Shown here: positions 39,924 to 48,816 of the stretch, in pieces | Layout of the letters: each line of letters opens with the position of its first letter | Numbering within the stretch: position 1 is the first letter of the stretch | Source: Dehalococcoidia bacterium | GTDB taxonomy: Bacteria > Chloroflexota > Dehalococcoidia > UBA2979 | Assembly: GCA_965198045.1 (NCBI GenBank) | Contig: CBDAOL010000009.1 | Location: 254,445-318,444, forward strand | Direction of reading: 5' to 3' | DNA length: 64,000 nt | Translations under genes and position numbers: made by a program | The notes under the pieces: model-generated | Seen by the model: the letters and a program-made list of their open reading frames with translations, nothing else | What the model was told of the DNA's origin: nothing | Databases searched by the model: none

Positions 39924-40956
39924 ATGCTCGATTCCATCCAGCTCGGTCGCAATAGCGGTCTCTTGGTCTCCGAGCTCTGCCTCGGCACGATGAACTTCGG
40001 CGAGCCGGGCCGAGGCCATCAGGGCGACTGGACGCTGGACATCGACCAGGCCCGACCGATCTTCAAGTCGGCGATCGAGCAGGGGCTCTACTACTTCGAT
40101 TGCGCCGATGTGTACGGGCAGGGCGCCTGCGAGCGTGTCGTGGGCTCGCTGCTGCGCGAGCTGGCCCCTCGCGATCAGTACGTGATCGCCACCAAGATCT
40201 CGGGGGCGATGGGCGAGCACCTGAATCAGCGAGGGCTCTCCCGCAAGCACATCATGGAAGCGGTCGACGCCAGCCTCGAACGGCTCGGGCTCGACTACGT
40301 CGACCACCTCGTCATCCACCGCCACCCGCACGGCGTACGGGGCAGCCTAGAGGTGCCGATCGAGGAGACGCTCGAGGGCCTGCACGATGTGGTGAAAGCC
40401 GGGCAAGGTGTTATACCTCGGCGCCTCGTCGATGTTCGCGTGGCAGTTCGCGGAGCTGCAGCACACGGCCGAGCAACATGGCTGGACGAAATTCGTCTCG
40501 ATGCAGAACCACTACAACCTCGTCTATCGCGAGGAGGAGCGAGAGATGAACCCCTACGCGCCGAAGACCGGCGTGGCGCTGATGCCGTGGTCACCCCTCG
40601 CGCGCGGCATCCTCACCGGCTCGTATCAGGGCGGCTTCGACGAGGGCGCTACCGACCGCTCGCAGGGGCGAGATCGGATGCGGACCGAGAGCCTCTACCA
40701 CGGCGCGGCGACGTTCCAGATTGCCGATCGCGTGGCCGAGGTCGCGCAGAAGTACGAGAAGGCGCCGGCGCAGATCGCGCTCGCCTGGCTGGCGAACAAA
40801 CCGGAGATCACCGCTCCGGTGGTCGGCGTCTCGAAAGTCTCGCAGCTGGAACAGCTCGTCGAGGCCACGGACATCACGCTCGCCGACGAGGATGTGACCT
40901 ATCTCGAGGAGCTCTACCAGCCGGTCGAGAACTTGCTCTCGTTCGGGACCTCGTAG
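39924..40956 (+). CDS. aldo/keto reductase, disrupted by a 1-bp insertion near 40398
   Basis: Own RBS (AAGGGA) plus ATG at 39924. N-terminal AKR motifs up to ...LHDVVKAGQ. C-terminal AKR part (...LYLGASSMFAWQ...) is in the next frame (ORF 40408..40956). gccgGGcaagg has an extra g relative to the expected ...AGKVLYLG. Confidence 0.7.
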
Positions 40957-40998
40957 CGCCGCCCGAGACGCACACGGGTGGCCGGGGTGAGCGGGCGC

Positions 40999-42063
40999 CT
41001 AGGGCTGGTCGTAGACGATGATCGAGCGGCCCTCGATCTCGCCGTTCTCCAGCGCACGCACGCCCTCGTTGATCTGGTCGAGGTTGTCGTACCTCGTCGA
41101 CACGAGCTTCTCGAGGGGCAGCTTGCCCTCCTTGAACCACTCGATGTAGTTTGGCATGACGTGACCCGGCCGCGCTGAACCGCCCATCGAGCCAATGATG
41201 GAGCGCTCGCCGAAGGGGAACAGGCGCGGCAGCGGCAGGTCGCCCTGGCCGATGCCAACGATGACGGCGGTACCGCCTCGGCGGACCCCGAGCACGCCCG
41301 ACTTCACGCTCTCGACGGACTGCAGGAACGCCGCTTCAACGCCGATGGCGTCGAAGGCATAGTCGACGCCGCCACCGGTGAGTTCCTTCACGGCATCGGG
41401 GGCGTGGACCTCTGAACCATTCACCGTGTGCGTGGCGCCCAGCTCCCTCGCGTAGCCGAGCTTCCCCTCCTCGAGGTCGACCGCGATGATCGGGTCAGCG
41501 CCGGCGATCTTCGCGCCAGCCACGACGTTGGCGCCCACCCCACCGACGCCGAACACCGCGACGGAGTCTCCCGGCTGCAGCTCGGCGGTGTACAGCGCCG
41601 CGCCCGCACCGGTGATCACGGCGCAGCCGACGATCGCCGTGATATCGGTCGGCACATCGTCGGGCAGCGGCACGACCATCTGCTCGTTCAGCAGCGCATG
41701 CTCGGCCCAGGTGTAGACGCCGGCCTCGTACTCCTCGCCCTGCCAGCGGTACTTCGTGCGATCCGCGGTGGTCATGCCCTCGGGCAGGTCGCGCGGCACG
41801 AACTGGATCATCACGCGCTCGCCCTCGCTGACGTGCTCGACCTTCGAGCCAGCCTTGAGCACCACGCCGGTGCCTTCGTGGCCGAGGAGGGTGGGGACAG
41901 GGCCGTCGGGGTTGTGGATCTGGTGTAACTGCGAGTGGCAAATGCCGGTCGCGAACAGCTTGACCAGCACTTCCTCGTCGCCGGGGTCTTCGAGCTCGAT
42001 CTCGTCCACCAGCAGCGGCTCGCCGAACTTGGCTTTGATCGCCGCGCGTGTCTTGGTCGTCAT
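40999..42063 (-). CDS. class III-type zinc-dependent alcohol dehydrogenase (formaldehyde/thiol-dependent dehydrogenase-like)
   Basis: GICHSQLH...GHEGTGVV... catalytic Zn ligands and a GVGGVG Rossmann. Start trimmed to the ATG at 42063 after GAGGAGG. Confidence 0.8.
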   Translation of the reverse strand: MTTKTRAAIKAKFGEPLLVDEIELEDPGDEEVLVKLFATGICHSQLHQIHNPDGPVPTLLGHEGTGVVLKAGSKVEHVSEGERVMIQFVPRDLPEGMTTADRTKYRWQGEEYEAGVYTWAEHALLNEQMVVPLPDDVPTDITAIVGCAVITGAGAALYTAELQPGDSVAVFGVGGVGANVVAGAKIAGADPIIAVDLEEGKLGYARELGATHTVNGSEVHAPDAVKELTGGGVDYAFDAIGVEAAFLQSVESVKSGVLGVRRGGTAVIVGIGQGDLPLPRLFPFGERSIIGSMGGSARPGHVMPNYIEWFKEGKLPLEKLVSTRYDNLDQINEGVRALENGEIEGRSIIVYDQP

Positions 42064-42322
42064 CGGGTCGAACCTCCTCGTGCAGCCGTCGGTGCGAGCA
42101 GAGTAGGGACCGCAGCGCTCCGCGTCACCGGCCGAGGTCGGGCGGCGAGCCGGGGTGGCGGCTGCGGCGGCTGCATCGCGCATTCACCCTTCGCAGTTGA
42201 CGGCGTAAGATCGTGGCTACCTCGCCGGTCACGCGCGGTGTTGGTGGATCCGCCAGCGCACGCGCCGACCCTATCTTTGATCGGTCGAGGTCGCGGTCGG
42301 CGGGTGATCTGAGGAGGGCCGG

Positions 42323-42427
42323 ATGGCGTCCAAAGACAAAGGCGGCAAAAACGTAAAGAAGGCTGCCGCCACAAGCCTCAAGGAGAAGCGCAAGGCGAAG
42401 AAGGCGAAGAAGGCGGCGCGCAGCTAA
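42323..42427 (+). CDS. small lysine-rich basic protein (34 aa: MASKDKGGKNVKKAAATSLKEKRKAKKAKKAARS)
   Basis: Not in the ORF track (too short). Strong GAGGAGG 5 nt upstream of the ATG. Atypically A-rich codons in a 70% GC genome. Confidence 0.4.
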   Translation: MASKDKGGKNVKKAAATSLKEKRKAKKAKKAARS

Positions 42428-42443
42428 CGCTCGCCCGCCACGC

Positions 42444-43148
42444 CTACCGGCTCGCGTTCTCCTGCAGGACTCGCTCGTCGCTGAGCAGCACCAGGCCGAG
42501 GCAGCGTCCGGCCTCGCTCGGTTCGCGCGCGGTCAGGATGACCCGCTGGTAGCGGGTGTCGCGCAGGCCCTCGACGAGGTCGTGGAGGAACGTGTCCGGC
42601 TTCTCTGTCCCCGGCGCCGTGCGCATCACCTCGCCGATCTCGGTATCGGGATCGACGTCCGCCGGCATGCCGTCGACCCGTCCGAGGAGCACCCCTCGCT
42701 CGTCGACGACGAGGCAGAGGTCGAGCGGTGCATCGGTCATCTCAGGAGCCACGTCGCGGATCCGCCGGTCGGGTGGGACGGTGAGCACGTCCGTGCGCGC
42801 GACGTCGATCGCACGCCGGCGGCCGGCGGTCCGGCCCTCGGTCGGCAGCCCGTGGATCGCCCAGTCGGCCTTACCCGGGGCGTAGTCGTAGACGCTGGCG
42901 AATCCGAGGCTTTCGAGCCGCGCCGCGGCTCGTGGGCTGGCGTCTCACTCCAGGTCGTAGCAATAGACGATGATCGGCTGTGCGCGGTCGAGGTGCGCAG
43001 TGGTGTTGGCCGCAATCTCGGCCAGCGGGACGTTCACCGCGCCGAGTAGATGCTCCTCGGCGAACTCCTCGCGCGCGAGTGCCTCGAGGAGCTGCGCCCC
43101 ATCAGCGAGCATTCGCTGGACCTGGCCACGGTCGATCACCGCCGGCAT
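42444..43148 (-). CDS. rhodanese-domain plus CBS-domain ORF interrupted by one in-frame TGA (42945..42947) at or near the rhodanese catalytic loop
   Basis: Track ORFs 42945..43148 (rhodanese N-terminal part ...PIIVYCYDLE*) and 42444..42788 (CBS-like) are in the same frame. The 156 nt between them translate without stops to DASPRAAARLESLGFASVYDYAPGKADWAIHGLPTEG..., a typical rhodanese C-terminal half. Confidence 0.55.
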
Positions 43149-43175
43149 ACTTGCCCCCTCCGGGTCGCCTGGCTG

Positions 43176-44834
43176 CTAGACGCCGAACTCCTGCAGCCGC
43201 TCCTGGACGAAGTTGACGGCCATCGCACCCTCGTTCACGGCCGTGACCACGCGCTTCGTATTGCCGTGACGGACGTCACCGCTGACGTACACGCCGGGCA
43301 GGCTCGTCTCGAGCAGGTACGGCTCACGGTCGAGCGGCCAGGCGTGCTCCGCGCCCTGCAGGTCGTGACCCGCGAGCACGAACCCACGCTCATCCCGGGC
43401 GACGAGGTCGCCCAACCACTCGGTTCCCGGCTTCGCGCCGACGAAGATGAAGAGCGCGTTCGCCGCCGCTGTCTCCTCCTGTCCCGTGTCCGAGTGCGCG
43501 AGCGCCAGGGATTCGAGGTTCCTCGTCCCGTTGGCCTGCTTGATCTCGGTGTTCAGCATCACGTGGATGTTCTCGCCCGCATGGATCCGCTCAACGAGGT
43601 AGTTCGCCATGCTTTTGCCGAGCGAGTCGCCGCGCACGAGGATCGTCACGGAGTTGGCGAATTGCGCGAAGTAGAGTGCCGCCTGGCCCGCCGAGTTCGC
43701 GCCGCCGGCGATGAATACATCCTCGCCGCGGATCGACCGCCCCTCGATCATGGCTGCTCCGTAGTAGACGCCCGCGCCGGTGAGCTCGGCGACGCCGGGC
43801 TGCTCCAGCCGGCGGTACTCGACGCCCGTCGCGACCAGCACGGAGTAGCTCCGCAGCTCAGCGCCGTCGGCGAGCCTCACGCCGCGGTAGGAATCTGCTG
43901 CTGTCAATTCAACGACCTCGGACGTCGACAGGAACTCGGCGCCCAGCCGGGTCGCCTGCGTCACGGCCCGTCGTGCCAGGTCGCCGCCGGAGAGCCCGAC
44001 CGGAAATCCGAGGTAGTTCTCGATGCGGGCGCTCATGCCGGCCTGACCGCCGGGCGCTTCGCGCTCGATGATGAGGGTGCGGAGCCCAGCCGCCGCGCCG
44101 TAGACGCCGGCTGAGAGGCCCGCGGGCCCTCCACCGACGACGATCAGGTCGTAGAATGGCTGCTCCGCCTGCGTCCGCAGCCCCAGCTGCTCCGCGATGT
44201 CGCGGTTGTTCGGAGCCTCGAGGGCGACGCCGTCGGGGAACACGACCAGCGGCAGCGTCGGGTTCGGCTTCGCGACCCGCTCGAGGACGGCTGCGACGTC
44301 CTCGTCGCTATCGATGTCGAGCCAGCGGAACGGCACCTGGTTGCGCGCCAGGAAGTCCTTGACCGCATGCGAATCAGGCGACCAGCGGTCGCAGATGACG
44401 CGCACGCCTTCGAACGGTGGATGGAACGAGGCCTGCCAATCGTCGAGCAGGTCGTCGAGCGTGGGGTAGAGCCGCTCCTCCGGCGGGTCCCAGGGCTTCA
44501 TCAAGTAGTGGTCCAGGCGCACATCGTTGATCGCCCTGATGGCCACGTCGGTGTCGGCGTAGGCGGTCAGCAGCGTGCGCTTCGCCTCGGGGTAGACCTC
44601 GGCCACCCGGTCGAGGAACTCGATACCGGTCATGCCCGGCATGCGCTGGTCCGAGAGGAAGAGCGCGATCGCATCGCCACGGTTGCGCAGCTCCTCGGCC
44701 AGGCTCAGACCCTCGGCGCCGGAGTCAACGCCCATGATCCGGTAGTCGTCGCCGTAGTGGACGCGCAGGTCCTGCTGAACGGAGCTGAGCACGGACTGAT
44801 CGTCGTCGATGCTCAGCAGAACCGGTTTGTTCAT
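43176..44834 (-). CDS. response-regulator receiver (REC) domain fused to a thioredoxin-fold domain and a cysteine-free thioredoxin-reductase-like FAD/NAD(P) oxidoreductase
   Basis: N-terminal REC (conserved Asp in ...FLSDQRMPGMTG..., ...LLTAY...), a middle Trx-like segment with a single Cys (VICDRWSPDS), and a C-terminal TrxB-like two-Rossmann flavoprotein (DLIVVGGGPAGLSAG...) with no CxxC. Confidence 0.75.
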   Translation of the reverse strand: MNKPVLLSIDDDQSVLSSVQQDLRVHYGDDYRIMGVDSGAEGLSLAEELRNRGDAIALFLSDQRMPGMTGIEFLDRVAEVYPEAKRTLLTAYADTDVAIRAINDVRLDHYLMKPWDPPEERLYPTLDDLLDDWQASFHPPFEGVRVICDRWSPDSHAVKDFLARNQVPFRWLDIDSDEDVAAVLERVAKPNPTLPLVVFPDGVALEAPNNRDIAEQLGLRTQAEQPFYDLIVVGGGPAGLSAGVYGAAAGLRTLIIEREAPGGQAGMSARIENYLGFPVGLSGGDLARRAVTQATRLGAEFLSTSEVVELTAADSYRGVRLADGAELRSYSVLVATGVEYRRLEQPGVAELTGAGVYYGAAMIEGRSIRGEDVFIAGGANSAGQAALYFAQFANSVTILVRGDSLGKSMANYLVERIHAGENIHVMLNTEIKQANGTRNLESLALAHSDTGQEETAAANALFIFVGAKPGTEWLGDLVARDERGFVLAGHDLQGAEHAWPLDREPYLLETSLPGVYVSGDVRHGNTKRVVTAVNEGAMAVNFVQERLQEFGV

Positions 44835-46646
44835 CAGGCGCCCTCCTGCTGCGCTCCTAGCTCGGGTGGTCCCGCCAACGGTAGTCGCACCTGGAACCGG
44901 GTGTCGCCGGGCTCGGAGTGGACCTCGATGCTGCCGCCGGAGCGGTCCGTCACGATGCGCCTGACCACGTCGAGGCCCAGGCCAGTCCCCTGGCCCACCT
45001 CCTTCGTGGTGAAGAACGGGTCGAAGATGCGTGACTGGATCTCGACCGGGACGCCCGGCCCGTCGTCGCAGATCTCGACAAGCGCGTGATCGCCATCGAG
45101 GGCGGTACGCAAAGTGATCCCTCCCTCCGAGCCGACGGCGTCGATGGCGTTGTCGAGCAAGTTCGTCCAGACCTGGTTCAGCTCGCCAGCGAGGACTGAG
45201 AACTCCGGGATCTGCGGGTCGAAGTCGCGGACGATCTCGACGTTGTCGCCCAGCTTGTGCCGCAGGATGCGCAGCGTGCTCTCAAGCCCTTCGTGGATGT
45301 CGACCTCCTGCTGGGCCGCCTGGTCCATGTAGGAGTAGCTCTTCACCGCCCCGACGAGCTCCGACATGCTCGTCTTCGTCGTGAGCGTGCCGAGGAGTTC
45401 GCCGGCCGTGAGCGATTCGCTCAGCCAGGCCACTGCCGAGGGCACGGCTGACCCGGGCATGCCCGCCGTCACTTCCTCCAGGGTCGATCCCTCGATGCCC
45501 GCGGCGACGAGCGGAGGTGCGAGCTGCCACGCGTTGTCGACGTTGTGCGAGCCGAGCCAGCCCGCCAGCTCCTCCTCGCGGTCGGCCCGTTCGAGGGCGC
45601 TCAGCGTCGCCGAGGTTGCCGCGTCGACCTCGACCGCGCGCGCGAGCCCCGCCCACTGCTCCGTCGTCAGCCCCTGCTCGCCCAGCTGAACGGCCGCAAC
45701 CGAGAGACGTTCGAGGGTGTCGCGAAGCTGCGACGAGGCTCGTTGCGCGGCCGCGGCCGGGTTGTTGAGCTCGTGTGCGAGCCCAGCGGAGAGCTTACCC
45801 AGCGCGGCCAGTTTCTCGCTCTGACGCAACTCCTCCTCCGCCTGTTCGCGCTCGGTCGAGTCGAAGAATGCGACGACGCAGCCGGCCAGTTCGCCGTTTA
45901 CTCGCAACGGCGAGGCCCAGTACTCCGCCGGGAAGCTCGTGCCGTCAGACCGCCAGACGATCTCGTCGCGGACGTTCGTGTCCCGGTCCTCGCGGAACGC
46001 CTGGTAGATGCGGCAGTCCTCGACGGGGTAGTGCCCGCCGGTCGGACGCGCGTGGTGGATCAGCTCGTGCGCGTTGCGACCGAGCAGCTCCGCGTCGCTC
46101 TCGTAGCCAAGCAGTGCGACACAGGCGGGGTTCGCGAACGTGAAGTCGCCGTTCATATCGGTACCGTAGATGCCCTCGCCGGTGGCGTTCAGCAGCGCGC
46201 GCACCATCGCTTCCTGTTCGTGGATCTCCGCCTCGGCCGCCAGGCGTTCGCTGATGTCGACGAACGAGACGACGCTGCCGATCAGGTGATCCTCGTGGCG
46301 CACCGGGTACGACCAGTACTCGACGGGGCGTGCCATCCGCGCGCCAAACGATCTCGTCGCCGAGGTGCATGCCGCGTTCCTCGCGGTGCGCCTGGTAGAT
46401 CTGGCAGTCTTCGACTGGATAGGGCTCGCCGTCCTGCCGCGTGTGGTGGATCAACTGGTGCATGTTGTGTCCGAGCAGCTCCGCCTCGGTTTCATAGCCG
46501 AGCAGCTCGACGCAGGCCGGATTCGCGAACGTGCAATCACCGTCGAGGTCGACGCCGTAGACGCCCTGGCCGGTGGCGTTGAGGAGCGAGCTGACCAGCT
46601 GCTCGCTGTGTTCGAGTTCGTGGGCTGGCTGTTGGCTCGAAGTCAT
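44834..46646 (-). CDS. PAS-PAS sensor histidine kinase, frameshift near 46337
   Basis: Two homologous PAS domains (...NATGQGVYGVDLDGDCTFANPACVELLGYETEAELLG... and ...NATGEGIYGTDMNGDFTFANPACVALLGYESDAELLG...). HisKA (LSAGLAHELNNP) and HATPase (DDGPGVP...GTGLGL) follow. PAS1 is in track ORF 45945..46646, in a different frame from the rest. Confidence 0.75.
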
Positions 46647-46891
46647 CGCCGTGCCTCGATCCGATGCGCCATCATCACGTCGGCGACCTTAACGAAGCCA
46701 GCGGTGTTTCGCATCTCGGACGCGGTCGACGTCGGCGTCGTGCCTGACGCGCAGCACGTGGAGGTCACGCTGATCGACTCGATGCGCTCTTCGCGGTACT
46801 GACGGTCTCCGAGCATTCGCCGACCCACGCGCGGCGCTCGGGCCTTCCTCCAGCGGCCCGAGCAGCCCCCTCAACCAGAGCCGGCAGCCAT

Positions 46892-47542
46892 CTAGCTCCC
46901 GATCTCAGCGACCGCCTCGTCGGTCGTCATCACCGCGCTCGCGATGAATCGGAAGTTCGTCATCGCCGCCTCGTAGCCGCCGCCCAGTTCGGGGTGCTGG
47001 GCCGCGGCCGTCGCGTCGGCGACCACCGCGACCTCGAAGCCGTCCTCCGTCAGCTCGCGCAGATGCGCCTCTGTGCAGAGGTTGGCCGACATGCCGGCGA
47101 GCAGGATGTTGGTCTTCCCGCGCTTGCGAAGCTGCAGCGCAAGGTCGATCGACTCCGGCCCATACACCTTGTGCGGGCCCGCGATGACGGTCTTGCCGTC
47201 CTCGATCAGCGGCTTGTATTGCTCGAGCCAGCCGGCGCCCGAGCCCTCGAAGCCGTCAGTCGTGAGCGAGCCCTTGCGGTCGAACATGCCGATCTCGTGC
47301 ATCATCTGCTCGACGGTGCTGCCGAACTCCCAGCCCGAGTCGGTCGGGTAGTAGTAGTGCGGTGAGATGAACACGTCGTAGCCGTTGGCCGTCGCGGCCG
47401 ACATCAGTTGTTCGATGTGTTCAACGGTCCCGTGCTCCTCGACGCTGGCGCCCACGAGCCCCCAGGTGACGCCCTCGGGACTGAGGAAGTCGTTCTGCGG
47501 ATCAGTGATCACGATCGCGGTGTTACCGCTGCTGATGTCCAT
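46892..47542 (-). CDS. isochorismatase-family hydrolase
   Basis: ...NTAIVITDPQNDF... and a Cys-containing ...LLAGMSANLCTE... isochorismatase-like catalytic region. Start trimmed to the ATG after AGGGGG; the upstream part of the track ORF is Arg-rich non-coding-looking. Confidence 0.7.
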   Translation of the reverse strand: MDISSGNTAIVITDPQNDFLSPEGVTWGLVGASVEEHGTVEHIEQLMSAATANGYDVFISPHYYYPTDSGWEFGSTVEQMMHEIGMFDRKGSLTTDGFEGSGAGWLEQYKPLIEDGKTVIAGPHKVYGPESIDLALQLRKRGKTNILLAGMSANLCTEAHLRELTEDGFEVAVVADATAAAQHPELGGGYEAAMTNFRFIASAVMTTDEAVAEIGS

Positions 47543-47652
47543 GGAACCCCCTGGAGTATTCGCCATGTGATTCGCGTGCACAGAGTAGACGAACAGCTCA
47601 GTGATCTGCGTTCCGGATAGTCTCTGGAGGGCGGCCGAGTGGGCCGAGTGGG

Positions 47653-48807
47653 CTACGGCCAGAGCGCGAGCAGTTCGCGCTCCACGTCCTCCTTCTCGCG
47701 TCGGTAGGACGCGCTCGGCGGATCCATCGCGACGCTCGGCGCAGGCAAGCCGTAGAAGTCGCCGCCAGCGTGTGCGGCCAGCCCTCCGCCGAGTTCGACG
47801 TAGCATTCGCCGCGCCCGGAGAACACGGTCGATTCGCCGTCGCCGGTCAGTTCTGCCGCGATCGCCGTCGCGACCACGCGCCCCTGGGCGTCGGCGAAGA
47901 CGCCCGCCTTCGGCAAGTACATGCCGTTCGCGAGTCTGATCGCGGTGGCGTCACCGATGGCGAACACGCGCTCGAAGCGGGTCGCGAGGGTCTGCGCGTC
48001 AACCGGCACCCAGCCCGAGGCATCGGCGAGCCCCGCCTCTTTCAGGACCGGGGGCACCACGTGCGGCGGCACCCCCACGAGGAGGTCGAACGTGGTGTCG
48101 TGCAGTTCGAACAGGATCCGACTGGCCGCCGGATCGATCTTCATCGCGATCTGCTCCCAGTGGAGTTCGATGCCCCGCTCCTCGAGCATCTCGATCAACG
48201 CCGTCCCGATGTGCTCACCGGCCACCAGCATCGGACGGTCTTCCGGTGTGTAGAGCGCCAGCTCCGTCTGATCACGCACCCCGCGCTCGCGGAGCAGGGA
48301 GTCGATCATGAAGGCCGCCTCGTACGGTGCGGCCGGGCAGGAGTAAGGCGTGCGAGCGATCAGGATCACCAGCCGCCTTCCAGTGAAGTCCTGGAGGGCA
48401 CGCTGGATGTCCTCTGCGCCGTCCCACTCGTAGAGGTTGTGCGCAGCCTCGGCGAAGCCGGGCACGGCATCGGCATCCCGCTTGGCGCCGAGGGCGACGC
48501 AGAGGTAGTCGCCCTCGAAGGTGCCGGCCGAGGTCTCGACGGTGCGTGCGCTCGGGTCGATCGCCGTGACCTCCGCCTCCACCACCTCGATACCGAGAGC
48601 GGCCAGGTCGGCGAGTGAACGCTCGCCCTCGCTCCGGTCGGCGCGCTCGCCCGTCATCACCCAGAGCTTCGACAGGCCGGCCGCGAAGCGCTGCTCTCGC
48701 TCGATCACCACGATGCGGTGGTCGTCCGGCGTCAGCCGGCGCAGCTGGGTCGCGAGGGTGAGCCCGCCGATCCCTCCGCCGAGCACCAATGTTGTCGCGT
48801 CGGCCAC
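47653..48807 (-). CDS. sulfide:quinone oxidoreductase-like FAD-dependent pyridine-nucleotide-disulfide oxidoreductase
   Basis: N-terminal FAD GxGxxG (LVLGGGIGGLTLA). Conserved Cys in ...TPYSCPAAPYEA... and ...GRGECYVELGG.... C-terminal amphipathic tail. SQR versus type-II NADH dehydrogenase cannot be resolved by eye. Confidence 0.5.
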   Translation of the reverse strand: MADATTLVLGGGIGGLTLATQLRRLTPDDHRIVVIEREQRFAAGLSKLWVMTGERADRSEGERSLADLAALGIEVVEAEVTAIDPSARTVETSAGTFEGDYLCVALGAKRDADAVPGFAEAAHNLYEWDGAEDIQRALQDFTGRRLVILIARTPYSCPAAPYEAAFMIDSLLRERGVRDQTELALYTPEDRPMLVAGEHIGTALIEMLEERGIELHWEQIAMKIDPAASRILFELHDTTFDLLVGVPPHVVPPVLKEAGLADASGWVPVDAQTLATRFERVFAIGDATAIRLANGMYLPKAGVFADAQGRVVATAIAAELTGDGESTVFSGRGECYVELGGGLAAHAGGDFYGLPAPSVAMDPPSASYRREKEDVERELLALWP

Positions 48808-48816
48808 GCCGGGCTC

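Noticed and set aside
42064-42322. Putative sigma-70-like promoter (TTGACG ... TAAGAT) upstream of the small Lys-rich ORF
   Set aside because: Spacing between the hexamers is only about 3 nt in one pairing and 15 nt to an alternative weak -10. It is too ambiguous to call as a feature.
42737-43015. Track ORF 42737..43015 (minus strand, other frame) spanning the rhodanese TGA site
   Set aside because: Its translation (...STAHSRSSSIATTWSETPAHEPRRGSKASDSPAS...) is low-complexity. It is out of frame with both flanking family-matching ORFs, which are themselves in frame with each other.
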